A stretch of DNA of 64,000 nucleotides from Oopsacas minuta (Eukaryota > Animalia > Porifera), in NCBI GenBank assembly GCA_024704765.1, contig JAKMXF010000338.1, forward strand, positions 1 to 64,000. The letters run 5' to 3'. Made by a program: the position numbers and the translations under genes. Below the pieces are notes generated by a model, which had not been told where the DNA came from, made no database searches, and was given only the letters and a program-made list of their open reading frames with translations. Each line of letters starts with the position of its first letter. The first letter of the stretch is position 1. Of this stretch, positions 24,803-38,923 are shown in pieces.

Positions 24803-27110
24803 TACAGTGTCGCAATAATGCAAAATGAGGGATCAGCCAAATTGTGATTCAATTCGATAATATTTGTGTTATACATATATATGAAATCGAACCCGTACAT
24901 TTCACTGGACAAGTCAATTTATTAAATATCTCACTCATAATATGTGAGCATGACGTCATCACTAAAATCACTAATTCATAATTGTAATAGATTATCAGGG
25001 ATTCATAAAGGACATCCTGTTCAGTGTTTCAAGCATGGTGTCTTCATTTGATTTAGCCTTACTAATATTTTTGTGACGATTTAACCCAATACAAGGTCAT
25101 GAAGCACAAAAGTCTGCCTAAAATATCACGGAAGGTGTCAGAAAAGGACGTTTTTCTTGTCAAATTTTCTCTTTACGTTCTATCATACTTACTGCCAACC
25201 TCTAAACATTCTTCAGAAAGGTTTTTTAGTCCATAACCATAATTATAGCGATAAATTATTTGAAAACAATGGGCAGGCAGTTTAGGAAGAGAGGTAGAAA
25301 TGCTTACCCAAGGGAAGTGATTCAAAACAACATCATACGTTTGCTTGCAAAGATTTTTAAGACCATGACAATTAATGTGGTCTTTGCTGTTAGCTATCCT
25401 CAAAATCACCTAGAGGTTGTTTTGAATGATTTTAAAGCTTGGTTTATTAATTGGGTTAATAGTGGAGGTAACCTATCTGAAGAAATCGTTTTTATCTCGG
25501 GAACAATCTCGTACAACATTCCCTATTGTTGAAATCCCCCCTTGACTAGAAGGATTATCGATTTTGATACTATATTTACCTTCTATAATTCATTTTATTC
25601 GTTTCAAAGAATCCTGTACTTTTGCGTATGTAGGTGACCACTTTTTATAACCTGCTTCCAAGTGATATATGAGCAACGTAAACCACCTACTAGACATAGA
25701 GATAGGCATGCAATCGAGAGGCTGCTAACATGTTCTTACGAAGTAGGGTGGTGTGTAATGCCACATCGTTTTTTGGAAGGTAAGGCAATTATTTCTCCCT
25801 CACAAATATCGTCAAATAGTTAGTTAGCATCAGTAATATATCTATTTACGGGAAAACCTGATATGGCCCACTCTAAACTATTGATTTGCTTCCTTGTCGC
25901 AGTGCCAGATGACATGATGCAACACCTGCTCCATCTAATAGACCAACCATTTTGGTAGCAAATATAGATCGAATAATTTCTACTTCTATATGACCATTTC
26001 AAGTCTAATTCTTTGTTCTACAATTAATGTAGTTGCGGGATTTATGAGTGCATCCATAATATATTTAACGTTTTTGTGATTTTCCTTGAATGTAATTAAG
26101 CAGACTGCTCTGAAAGAAAAAGATGAATTGGGGGAAGTATTGGCGCATAATGGGAAACCTGTGTTATCTGTAGTACTAAGAACTTTAAATCCGAATAGAA
26201 TAATACTGTGTGTGTCTAAACCTAGATTTGAGTTCACTTGGTTGTAAGAATTGCGTGAGCTTGATCCATCTAGACCGTCTGCAATTTTTGAACTGACAAA
26301 GGGTATTGTTAGTTGTTTACAATGGAATCGAAACTTAAAAGATGTCATTGAGTGTTAGTGCGAGTATTTCGAAATAAGGAGCTGATAGACCAATAGAGTG
26401 ACCTTCAAGGTTAGTTACAAACAAACGCTTCGTGAAGGTGAAATTTCTTGACGGCATTGCGATATTACTTTACACGATGGGAATATGATATCTTTCGGTA
26501 ATTCCTTCAACTGTGTGTATTTCAATGCTCCAATGTCGAGAAGATTTGTTATATAACTTGATATAGGTATCGAAACTTCCTTTACATTTCCGCACGTGCC
26601 CGTTTTGATTATTTATTTGATATACTGGAAGTTCTTCGATCATTTTCTTGATTAGAAGTTAATTCTAGAGCTAAGGCAGCAACTCTCTCCTCGTCAACAT
26701 GCTCCCTTTGGGCAACGAACTCATTATGCTTTAGGAAAACATTCAAATGCTTTCGGGCAGCTGTCATTGTCAGTTTGAATAATGGTTTTCTGATCTCTGT
26801 CATATTCTCTTCAATAAATGTGTGCTGCTCAGGGATAGAATCGAATGTGCCAATCGACACTTGTGATCCAGTGTCACAAGTTGTGACTGAATAAACTCCA
26901 TACCCTCCCAAAGATTTAATTTGTAACCTTCTGGTAAAGATCTCTAGATTTTGAAGATTTCATAATTTCCAACGAATGCTTTCTAACAGATCATCTAACA
27001 AGGAATGAACGTCAATTATCTGAGGAGCTGTACCAGAACAATTCCAACCATGTAATTTATAAATATCGTATGCTTCATTTTGTGAAATAGATGTTTATCC
27101 ATTGAACAGG
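24803..27110 (-). mobile_element. RAG1-like transposon copy 3, degraded; only the 3' end identified
   Basis: ADGLDGSSSRNSY; GTATRKQI; STSLPKLPAHC; LSEECLEVGSKY; IRKPLFKLTMTAARKHL. Putative end TACAGTG at 24803 with TGACGTCA 148 bp inside. No 5' heptamer found. Confidence 0.75.
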
Positions 27111-27692
27111 TGGAAGGAAGTAATGTCTACCAAGTATCAATAATGGGATAAATAACACAAGTTTGAAATTTAACCGATCCCAGGGAAATTTGGATGGAGA
27201 TTCGTAATGGGTGGGGGATGGGGCGATACAAATAGTAAAAATAACGAGCTACAGTACTTTAACATTGGCAATAATATCAAGGCCCATATTGTACCTATTG
27301 TAAAATCTACCTCTGAGTATATCGAAATACATCCCGAAATTTGTAGTTTCGAAAAAGAATTCTCTCAAACTATCTTTTAAGTCTGGGAGATATTTATGTT
27401 CAAACTTAAGATAGTGAATGGTGATAAATGAATCACGAATCTTATTACTTGCAAGTGGGCATTTGATTGCATCTACAGTTCGAATTTATGATAACGTAAT
27501 GATAGTTCTAAAATGTATGGAAAGCATATAAAATCACAAAACTAAACAATGAGAATTTAAATACACAACTGAAATACCGACAATTCATAACTATTTTGAT
27601 TGCTCCATTGATTCGGAATATGATTTTTGGCATCGTATGATCAATTTTTGATGTTATTTAGATACAGACTGCAACATAATCTTTGAGAATTA

Positions 27693-28995
27693 CAGGGTGA
27701 CCAATAAATACTGTTGCTCGCGTTTTTAGTTGTTTCAGTAAAACCATGTTCCTAACTTGCTCTAAATCTGTCTATGTAGTTATATATACTCAAATTATCT
27801 TGTGTTTGATTATTGTTTGAATGTGGCACCTTTGCTTTTATACAGCTCTTCAGATGTCCAACAAAGGACTCTAACCTTGCTCGCATCTGTTCTTCCGGAA
27901 TTCTATCCCATTCACGTGTTAAAGCCGCTCGAAGATTCTCTAAACATTTGTAACGTTTCAAGCATGCTTTGGACTCCAAAATGGACCATATAGAATAACG
28001 AGAGGATTCAAATCTGACGAGCAGGGTGGCCATTCTTCCGATGAAATATATGTAGGGCAATTCTCCTTCCATCATTTTGGGAAGTTCTGGCTTTCTGAGC
28101 TGGTGCTGAGTCCTGTTAAAGGTTCACGGCCGACTTCCGAAATGTTTTTAGGCCCAGGGCTTTAAAACTGATTTGAGAATGGAGTCGCGGTAAATAGAGT
28201 GGTTGATCTAACCATCTTGGGGGATAAATACTAGAGGCGTCCGTCTATCTGAGGTCACCCCCCAAACCATCACAGAGGCTGACTTTTGTGCCCGAGAGAC
28301 ACGAAATGAAGATGGATGTAAAGACGCTTTATTTGTAACCAATATTCTGCCATTTTGCCTATAAATTTACTGTCCAACTATAATGAGCTTTTCATCAGAA
28401 AACAAAATTTGATTTTCCAACCCAGCACAGAACCACCCAAGCAGTGATTGACATCTTTTTTAGTTTTCCTTTGTATTTTAGACTGACAACAACTGTTTCT
28501 TCTGAAACTTACAAGAACTCATCGCTAGCTCGTTTTTTCACTATTAATCTCATTCACTCACGCCCAACATTCATTTCATTCGCTGGTTTTCTCATGCTTC
28601 TCACAGGATTTCGTGATATTCGGCGTTTCACGTTATTTCTCAAGGTTGAAGTCTTAACTGTGCGTTTGCGACCTTTTCTTGAGCGACCTTGGATGCTTTC
28701 AGTTTCAAGGAAACGAAAAATAGTTCTAGGACAAACGTCTTATTCGTCTTCAACGATTTGACAATTTCAGAATTTGAATGTCCGTTCTTGTAGAGTTCTA
28801 TAACTGCTAATCTCCTAGATAACATCGTATTTCGTGCAGGTGATTGAAAAATACTATATAATAATAACCAAGTTCGATTGTAACTCACTAATTGTATGGT
28901 AACGTTCGTTATTGAAGTAAATTTCTATTGGTAGGATATGATCTGTTTGGCTATGGTGATGTTTAAAGTGGTAACAGTAATTATTGATTACCCTG
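27693..28995 (-). mobile_element. maT/DD37D-type transposon, 1303 bp, degraded
   Basis: TA flanks; 25-bp TIRs cagggtgaccaataaatactgttgc with 4 mismatches; YSIWSILESKAC and an N-terminal HTH. Confidence 0.85.
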
Positions 28996-29074
28996 TATTC
29001 AATGAGCTAGAACAGAACCAATTTTCCTGAATGATTACTAATTCATATGATTTAGGTTGAAATAACATCACTAG

Positions 29075-29530
29075 TTAGTAATTCATAGCAAAACCACTAA
29101 ATTCTATTACCATCTGGCATCTGTGTGGCATCGAATCACAATATGGCTCTAGGAATTCGGAGCTTATCTTAGCCCATACAGTTTCAAGCTTCTTCTTTAG
29201 CTCTGAAATCGTCCTAGGAGCCAATTTTATAAGTTCTCGGATTACCCAACTGAAAACATTTTCTATTAGGTTAATTTCGGGGCTCTGAGAAGGCCAAGGA
29301 AAATGATTCGGGATATTCTGAACAAGATAAGCCTTGACAAGTTTAGAGGTGTGCTTTGGGTCATTGTCCATGATAAGACGCTATTCATTTCGGTGGGAGA
29401 TTTCTCCCTGAGTTAAGGAGTCTTGCCGCGAACTTTGTATCACGGTATGGGCTATTTTCTAAAGTATATGCTATTCTACTTCCTTAATGTATTCCAGTTC
29501 GTTGGACTTGCCAAACTAAGAGATAATAAT
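29075..29530 (-). pseudogene. Tc1 (DD34E) transposase C-terminal fragment
   Basis: MDNDPKHTSK...WPSQSPEINLIENVF. Confidence 0.8.
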
Positions 29531-30358
29531 CATAAACCCCGATGTATGTAGTGTGTATTACAAATTTGGCATGGAAAAGTGGTAAAGGTCTTCCCATAGG
29601 CGTAATATTAAAGTTCGGGATATATTATCTAATGTTTTTTGAAGAAGGACTATTGCCTAAGACCTATAAATTGTTATATATGCTTACCATATGTAGTTCT
29701 AATTTTTGGACCACAATTAAGCCCGAGTACCGCTCCATTAAAAAGATATTAACAGTTGAAGGGGGTTTGGTAAAAATAGGCTGAAAACCGGACTCCGCAG
29801 GACTTAGAGTGGGATATCGTGAAAATTTTCGTTCATTCATTCCAAATGTGGTACAGATTTTAGACAACATTGTATAAATGCTTCCCCAAAATTTTCAAAG
29901 CATAAGAATTAGTCTTTTTCAAAAAACAGTAGACTATATGGCGAAAAACATAGTTTGAGATAATTGAAGTTAAAGATTCATAAAATATACTTTTTGAATA
30001 TATACATATTATAGTGGTGTTTCGTCCCGCTAGGACTCATCAGTTAAGCTATGCCTTGTCTTAAGACAACACCTTCTTTTAACTGTTAACAAACAATAAA
30101 AAATAAGCCAAAAGGTGTGATAATTTCATCTCAAGACTGGGGTACAGCATGTATCAAGTGATCAATCATGCCCATTGTCCAGTTCTGTACATCTCTGATA
30201 GGAAGGTCATAAGGAGCAAATAAATATTGTATAAGACTAAGTATAGTAAGTGTAAAAGATATTTTTAGAGCTAAAAATACATTCACTATTGTATCTAAGG
30301 AAAGCTATAACATGGTATTTATACCATCCAAGTAGTAAAAATTACGTATATACGAGTA

Positions 30359-32386
30359 CAGTAAACTTTGGATTTAACGACACTCGTTTGGGCAGGCAAA
30401 AAAGGTCGCTATATCCGATTTGTCGCTAAATCCGAGGAAGCTTTATATATGCATTATATACCGGATGACACCCAAATTTATTCGTGTTATACTATGTAGT
30501 ATACTATGTGGTTGTATTATCGTCATAATAATGTCATGAATATGATTAGTTTGACTTGAATAAGCTAGTTAATGAGGCCTGCTCCATTCGACTCAGCTGA
30601 CTTTCAGCCAAGAAGCTTTTGACGTTCGCTGACAGACTGAATCTGTTTCTCTGAGCATGGGAGGGTGCGCAAGAACTTCGTAACAGTGTCAAGGCATGAG
30701 ACAACAGTGTCGAATCACGGAACATGGATAATGAGGGGATATTTATTGCCGTCATTTTCGATATCAACATCATCATCACTTGGAGAGTGCGGACTATTAA
30801 GGATATCGTCAATTTTGCGACCACTTGCACCAAGTCCAATTGCAACACCATTATCCAGAGCAACAAAGTCCTCAAATGATAAGCCATCCGAAACAAGCCC
30901 TGCTTCTTCAGCACTGCTCCAAATTGATGTGTCAGGTGCTGAGGTTTCTTCAGTGGCAGGTAAATCCTTGAACCCAACATGCTGATAGCAATGCTTGATG
31001 GTTGTTGGGGTGACATTATCCCAGGACTTTTTTAGCCAGTCCAAAGCCTGGAGCAAGTCAAGCTTGAACCCCGTATCAGAATCAACTGCCAATAAACGCT
31101 TCCTAACAAGAAACCGGCTGTAGTGGTGCTTGAGATTCTTGATTATACCTGAGTCAATGGGCTGAGTCATAGACGTTGTGTTGGGTGGGAGAAAGAAAAG
31201 CTTGATATGGGACAAGTTAAGGTTCGGATGACCCGAGAAGTTGTCAAGAATCATGGCAATTTTCCTGTCGTCAAATCTCATAGAATTGTTCAACTTCCTT
31301 AGCCATTTCTCAAAAATCTCGCTTGTCATCATACTCCACTGGAAGATTCAGGACTCCTCGGAAACAGTGGGGGCGCTTACTCTTTCCAATAACGAGTAGC
31401 GGTAACCTCTCCCCAAGCGCACTAGCTGCTGCCAATACAGTGAGGCGTTCCTTGGAGCGCTTTCCTCCTTTGCACAAGTCTCCTCAGAAAGACAAAGTTC
31501 TGTCTGGTGTCATCTTCCAGAAGAGCCCAGTCTCATCAGCAATGAAAATATCCTTGTCTTCAAACACTTCTCTGATCAGTTTCAGCTGCGTTGATATCCA
31601 GTTGTCAGCACCAGCGTGGTCTGTTGATTGGCTCCCACCCGAGATTTGGCGGCTGGTGATGTTATTGCGCTTTTTCCAACGATCTATCCAGTTCAGATCA
31701 AGGAACACAGGTTCGAGGTGGCCAGACACATTTCGTACTTTCAGTTTCTCCGCGAAGCAGATCGACTTTTCTAGAAGAGAGGGACCAGTGACTGACTCAT
31801 CTGGAGTTGTGCTCTTCAAACAACGAAATCACTCAAGCAGTGCAGTGTCTATCTCCGGGTATCGAGACAGCTTTGTGCTCTTCGAAACAAGATTTGATGC
31901 ACTTGCGATGGAACTTTCAATCATCGCCCGATCTTCAAGAAGCCGGCTAGGGTCCCATGTGAAATGCAATGTTTCTGCTCCAACAATGGTTGCTTAGCTC
32001 CTGCATCAAGCTCTTGCAATATTTTGTATTTTTCAGCAAAAGAAAAGCGCTTCTTTTTGCCAAGTCGCTCGAATCCATAACGATTAAATTTTAACAATAC
32101 ATTGTACGTACAAAAGCTCTTAATAAGCGTTTTGGTAAAAAGCCAGGTGTTGTTGATTCAAAAGGAAATATTAATTGTTTTATAATTAAATCAATTATTA
32201 AAACCTTAATAATTCACTAGTACACTTTTCTTAAGTCCACAGTATAGAAAGCCCAAAAGTCGCAATATCCAATTGGATTTGGGTATGGTGTGTGCAGAAT
32301 AATGCAGCAAGATTCTGGGCAAGCAAAATGAGTCATTATAAGCGATTTGTCGTTAAAGCCGATGTCGTTAAATCCAATGTTTCCTG
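30359..32386 (-). mobile_element. pogo/Tigger (CENP-B-like) transposon, 2028 bp, frameshifted
   Basis: TA TSDs 30357-30358 and 32387-32388; 24-bp TIRs cag(t/g)aaac(t/a)ttggatttaacgaca; FIADETGLFW, ILDNFSGH, LPPNTTSMTQPIDSGII (DD29D). Confidence 0.92.
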
Positions 32387-32511
32387 TATTCGAATAAATA
32401 CGGTGTATAAACTCTTTGGACCATGGATATCACTACACACATACGAATCCATATATAGGCAGAATTGCATAAATTATGTTTTTATGTGAACTTTACTTGT
32501 ATAATGTAATA

Positions 32512-33842
32512 CAGTATGTCCATTAATTACTTAGAATTTTTAAAATTATAATTCCTGGCGAACTAGAGCAGCGATAGAACTCATCTTGGTGAATATATAA
32601 TGTAGAATATTGCGAAATGAATATTTTATTTTGCGTCTGTCATTATCTATTACTAATTGACACCTCTTTGGCGTATATTTCAAAAATTTTTTTAGAAAAT
32701 CTGCATTGATATCTTCCCACAAGTCGATTAACTCCTTCTTCAGCTGTGTAATATTCTTTGGACCCTTTTTTAACAGCTTTTGTTGACCAAAGCAAACAAG
32801 TTTTCTATGCGATTAATGTCTCGACTCTGACTAGGTCAATTGATTTTCTTATTGGGCATGTTTTTCTTCATCCAAGCCTTGGTCATTTTTGCGGTATGCT
32901 TGGGATCATCGCCCTTAACTAAGAACCAATAATCTTAGTGGAATACATGAGCTTGGGCAAGCAACTGAACTTCCAATATCATCAAACCAATTCTGCATTC
33001 AGCATATGTCTGAAGATACACAATGGAAACGTACCCATAGAGGAGAAAGCTGCCCATATGTGTATTTTTTGAGTATGTTTGACTGTGGGTTGCGTCCTCA
33101 CCATACCTCTTTTGGTCCACATCCGAATTCGCCCTCGACAACCAAATTGTGGGCTCATCAGCGAAAATAGCATGTTGCCATTGGTTATCAATGTTATTCC
33201 TTGCCCATTGAATTCTATAGAGCCGATTCTTTTCTGATAACATGGGAGCAGGCGTCGGATAAGGCTTGGAATAATCAAGTTTTTTCAAGCAACGACTCAT
33301 AGTATCTCTTCCAACTTGCACTGGACACTTAGCTGTAAAATGGCGAATTGAAATCGTAGGATTTATGTTAATGGTTCTAGTAACATATTTCTTTATTTTC
33401 GGGACAAGTGTCCCAAGTCTAACTACTCCACTCTTGTGAACAAGATAGGTTTCAATCTTTAGACGAGAAATCAAGTTGTAAACGGTTGCAACAGACGCAC
33501 CCACGATAGAGTTGATTTCCTTCGGAGAGTGTTTCTTTCCTTCCTAGAGTATTTGAATTTGTTTCGTTTTTGATTCTTGAGACATTTGGAAGATAAATAG
33601 CTATTTAATACATGAATAATGTCAATGAAATAAAGATCTAAAAAAGGCTCTGTCATTTTGACGTCATGCTATATTATTCTCACCCAAAGATATATTTTGT
33701 ACATAGCCAATGTATAATTGTTGAAGTAAACCCCTCTACTAATAGACAAGAAGTAATCGTACCTCTATCACTTGAATAAGTATACCAGAAATGACCAGGA
33801 ATAGAAATTATAGGCTATTCTAAATAATTATCGGACATACTG
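32512..33842 (-). mobile_element. Tc1-family transposon, 1331 bp, degraded
   Basis: TA flanks; TIRs cagtatgtcc(at/ga)taatta; IFADEPTIW, KIHIWAAFS. Confidence 0.8.
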
Positions 33843-33846
33843 TATA

Positions 33847-35193
33847 CAGTGTGTCAAGATGAAATTAAGACTATGTTTTGATCTAAGTTTCTAAAAGATA
33901 ATCATCACAAGCCTCGGAATATGAGTTGATTTATCAAAACGTGTCTATAAACTGATATTTGATCTTAAAGCCATTACTTTGAATCACTAACTTCTGACGT
34001 TTTGGCACAGATTGCCAATAAGGTTTCAAAAATTCGGGTTCTATTGAATCCAAAATAGAGAGAAGGGTTTCTTCAAGTTCACTAAGATTACGAGGAGGGT
34101 TCAAATCGATCTGATGTTTGACCCAAGCCATAAATTTTCGATCGGGTTTGATCTGAGTTACAAGTAGGCCATTCCATACGAGATATATCATGACTTTCAC
34201 GGAAAGTCTTAGCAACCTTAGACGTGTGCTTTGGATCGTTGTCTTCCTGAAAGACCAAGCCGTCAGGGTACAATACCTGAACATGTGTAATCAGACGATC
34301 GTTTAGGATATTCGTATATAATTCTCCGGTGAGGTTCTGCCTAAAAACCTTCAACGGAAAGGTCCCATGAGCAGAAATTGCTCCCCAAACGTGTAATTTT
34401 GGACTATGTTTGTTGCTTTGCTGGACCGCTAGTTGGTCTCCTTTGCACCACAGCCAAATTCTGCCACCAGCTAGCCAAATTGACATCCCATCGCTAAAAG
34501 CAACTCGCTCCCAGTCAGTTTATTTGTTATTCTAAGCCCACAATACTCTTTGTTGTTTGTGTCGATCTGTTACATAAGAATATTCTATGCAATCTTGTGG
34601 GTTTACCCTCTCCTCTGTAATTCCATCCTGGCCGTCTCATGGGATAAACCTTTCTGACGAAGATGATGATTCGACTGACCAATTTTCGTATGGAGATCTT
34701 GTGATACTGATTTGGCAAGCTTACAAGATATCTAGCATCGTTCACATGTAATATTCTCTGTTTTCCGGTTCCAGATTTCCTCTGTATATCACCGCCCTGA
34801 CGAAATTTGGCTAATATACGAAAACAGTGCTCCCCGGGATAGCTATTCGCTGATGTATTTCGCTACTACTTGTAACCCCCGCATCGAATAATTTGCGGAT
34901 GAGGTCTCTTCGTTCTAACCCCACTATACTGATTTTGTATTTCGACACAAAAGACAAATATTAGCCAAAAACTGATATTGAAGCGGTCTATAGGAATATA
35001 GCAGATATTTTCGGGAATGTGTATTCTAAGATAGGTTATTCGTGTATTCTAGAATCAATTTACCAATGGTAACTTAATATACATGTATAAATGAATCAGA
35101 AAACAAATGCGTTTCATATTTAACCATATCAAATGAAGAAATTCTGAAAATATACATAATTACATGAAATCTAAATTTCACCTTGACAGATTG
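33847..35193 (-). mobile_element. Tc1-family transposon, about 1347 bp, degraded
   Basis: Left TIR cagtgtgtcaagatgaaatt after TA; decayed right TIR near 35174-35193; SDGMSIW, LHVWGAIS, FQEDNDPKH. Confidence 0.75.
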
Positions 35194-35289
35194 TCTATTC
35201 ATCAAAGTTACATACATAATCTGGTCTGTAGGAAAAAGTCTTGCGTGAATGTTTCGCCCAAATATTTGCTGAGCTAAGATGATGGAGAA

Positions 35290-36165
35290 TTTCAAATATT
35301 GGGCTTAGGAGTTTTGACAGTAACTGTACAAATGTTTTTGAATTAATTACAACTTTCCGCCATAGGAATTTTGCCACTGGACCATGCAGATGTTTTTGAA
35401 TCAACAACAAATTTCGTATAATGGGAACTTTTGATCCTGAACCATAATGTTATTTAATTCATTACACATTTGGCAATACAGGAACTTTGATACTGAAACA
35501 TACAAGTGTTTTGAATCAAATACAAATTTCGTAAATTATGAATTTTGATACTGAACCATACAATCCTTTTTGAAACAATTACAAATTTCGTAACATGGAA
35601 ATTTTGATACTGAACTAAACCAATATTTTTGTTTCAATTACAAATTTTGCAACACAGGAAAACTGACAGTAACGGTGCAGATGTTTTTGAACAAATTACA
35701 ACTTTCGCGCCATATGCATTTTGCTACTGTACCATACAAATGTTTTTTCAAACAATGACAAATTTCGCAACATGTGTTTTTTGATACTGGACTATACAAA
35801 AATTTTTTAATGAAATCCAAATTTCGCTCTTTAGTAACTGTGACGCATAACCAATAAACATTTTTCATTCAATTAAGATTTCGCAACATGAGAATTTTGA
35901 TACTGATATATACAAATATTTTTGAATCAATTGCAAATTTCGCAAACAAGAATTTTGGTACTAATTGCTCAAATCTTTTTACATCAAATACAAATTTCGC
36001 AAAAATGGGAATCTTGATATTAACAGTACAAATATTTTTGAATCAAACAAATTCGTGTAATTTGGATTTTGACACTAAACGATGCAAATGATTTTGAACA
36101 ATTACAACTTTCGCAACATGGGAATTTTGATACTGAACCATACAAATGTTTTGGAATCAATTTCA
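35290..36165 (+). repeat. Degenerate tandem array, 59-bp unit (about 15 copies)
   Basis: Unit resembles caaatttcgtaacatggaaattttgatactgaaccatacaaatgtttttgaatcaatta; period 59 measured at 35523, 35582 and 35641. Confidence 0.85.
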
Positions 36166-36621
36166 AATGGATGTGTCATACGGAAATGGGGGTAGACGTC
36201 TTAACCGTAAAAGTCATAATAATTTTGTATTTACCTTTGAAATGCTTTAACTTTTCAACTGATATACATAATCTATAGAAATAAGAACCACTTCAAGTAC
36301 ATTGTGCACAGTGGCATTATTGGGGGTGAAATGGAAATAGGAAACCTGCAAGATAGAGATATATAATGTATTATTAGCCAATAGGAAATTACCTCTGAGA
36401 AAACGATTTCTGGATAAAAAAAAATCTAGGTCATCTCATTAAAAAGTTATGACGTCATTGACACCTTTCATATTATTATCATAAATAATAGTTTTTGAGC
36501 TTAAAATTCAGTTACTGGGGCGATAGAAAGCTTATTTTGGATCATAGACACACATCAAACGTACCCACATTTTAATAGTATCTTGTGCTTCCATATATTT
36601 CAATCATTATTTATTAGCCAG

Positions 36622-38519
36622 TTAATTGTGAGAAAGGAATTTCTGGGTCTGGAGGTTCAGAAGAGTGGGTTTTCTTGCTTGCTTATGTACATTTTCTACG
36701 CACATTGAGGACAGGAGCACTATTACATAACACACTCGTATAAAGATATCGCGAGTATTCAGAGAAAACGACATTTTTCTGGCAAGGTGTTCGCGATACC
36801 TTCGAACGAGTTTGTTTGAAACTTCAACTGCTTCTTCAGAGAAGACTTTAAGTCCATGGCTATTGTTACAAGTTCTAATGAGTTCTGAAGAATGGGCTGG
36901 TAATTTATGCAAGGTTGGACTGATGTTTGCCCAAGGGAACCTGATTACCTGTATTCATATGTGTTCTTGCAAAAAGTATCCAGTCTTGCAGTGCATATCT
37001 CTCGGTCGCTGTTGTAAATACGCAAACATACTGAAAGGTTAATACGGATGCCCTTTATATTTCATGGTATTCTGTTGGTATCAAGGAACAGACCCAGTAA
37101 AGAAATTGGCTTTTGTCCAAGAAACAATTTCGAGCAACATTGCCAGTTGATGTAGTGCCACCATCACTGCTGGGTTGATCAATCTTCATACCAGTCTTTT
37201 CCATCAATAAGCCTGAAACAAACTTCATTGAGTTTTTTATGCCTAAGGATGATGGTATCCACTGCCTTGCACCTGATTGCAGATGATAAACGAGGGTCAT
37301 AAACCATCTGAAGATGCACAAATATGAATGCAATGGAGAAGAGCAAATTATATCGATGTCGGAAATAGGTTGGTGAGCCAATCCAAGACGGTCATTGGAA
37401 CTTAGAAGTAGAAATCCTACTTCATTCACACTTTGAAACAGTTCTTTAGCCGATGTTATTGAACGATTAATAGGAAACCATCTCGTATAAGTTCGACATC
37501 ATGCAGTTGTTAGAAAGTCGCAGTACAGAGTTGGCAGTGAGCACCACTGACTCCAGATAGAATTCCTGCCATTTTTCCATCGAACATGGTCCTGAGCAAT
37601 TTTATCCTCACAAGTCCTTGCGAGAGTGTTATCTCATTTTCTTCCATGTCTACTACTTAAGGATTGATATAAGTATCCATTAGATTAAGTACCTTTTTGC
37701 TATTTTCTTTGGCAGTTAGTAAAGTGACTGGACGAATCTGAAATTGTGAGTTGGGCCTTTCGTTTTCCCAAATAAGTTTGTTTGCGCTGTCTTGAATAGC
37801 GAGAAATTTGAAAGCAAAGAGGATGAAAATTTTGGAACCAATATCTGGTGACTCTTGAATCAGAATACCAACTTGATGGGATCCAGATCCATCCAAGGCA
37901 TCTGTTGCAGAAACTGTCAACCGGAATTCAAATTCAGAATCTGTGGGAAGTGATTCGAGTAGGCGGGAAATTGTCTGTTTGATGATAGAGATGTAAGATG
38001 TCCCTACTTCCATAGGCGCATCAGACACATTGAGGATAAAATGGATTCCTTCTGCAGAGTAATATCTGCTCGATACTGGGAAATTAGCACATACTTCGGG
38101 AATAGTACATTGCCTGGCTTACAAAGTCTCCTCAATTCAATGTACTTTCGCTTACCTATTTCCAGTTGCCTTAGGAGGAACGTAGACTTAGTAATTGAGA
38201 TGTGTGTCTTTATATTGCGATAAAATGTGCCTTTACTGACTAGTTCCAGACAGAAGGAACTGGTGGAGTAATCTCCTGAAGAAGATGAGACATATTGTAG
38301 AGCCATGGGTGCCATCGTTTTGCTACCCACGTTCTCAATAGCTGCTAAGCTTTTAATCAGGGCTAAAAGAGAGCTCAGATGTACCCTTTGTCCTTCAATC
38401 GTTAATTCTAGGAGTGCTTTCCTGATAGCCTTTGCATGAACATGATTAGGAGTACAAATATCACCTTCAGACGATAACCGCCTCTTCTCTGCCAATGTTG
38501 AATTGTCACAGAATATCAT
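36622..38519 (-). pseudogene. RAG1-like transposase, frameshifted
   Basis: IRKALLELTIEGQRVHL; TDALDGSGSHQV; GGTTSTGNVAR; LHKLPAH; FSEEAVEVSNKLVRRYREHLARK. Confidence 0.9.
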
Positions 38520-38923
38520 ATCATCTCATGTATTTAGGTCGTTTCTTTTACGAAATATCTCTCTATCACCATCAACTCAACGAATTTGTATCGGATACAA
38601 CTATAATATTTATCATCAAGTTGCTGACTATCCATAAATACGATTGTTGCATTTCTGACAGATTTACGTGAGGATAGAAAGTCAAAAGCTTCCTTATTAT
38701 TCATAATGCTAATATCTCATAGGGAAATTTTAGATTAAAGTTACACGCATTCAAATGAATGTTTGATACTTTGGGCGCCCTCCGGCGGGTCCAAACTATT
38801 ATACTTTTTGAATGTATCATTATAACCTGCATTTTAAGACCAGTGAGAGTTCACTCAACGAAACCCCACAACAAGTTTCAGCACAAAATATCCTGTGGAC
38901 GCCGAAAAAAAATGTCCTAAATA

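Noticed and set aside
27110-30350. 5' end of RAG1-like copy 3
   Set aside because: No CACTGTG-like heptamer followed by an AGCCA-like TSD was found; the end is probably deleted.
35195-36278. ORFs in the 59-bp array as repeat proteins
   Set aside because: The unit length is not a multiple of 3, and the ORFs are short and occur on both strands.
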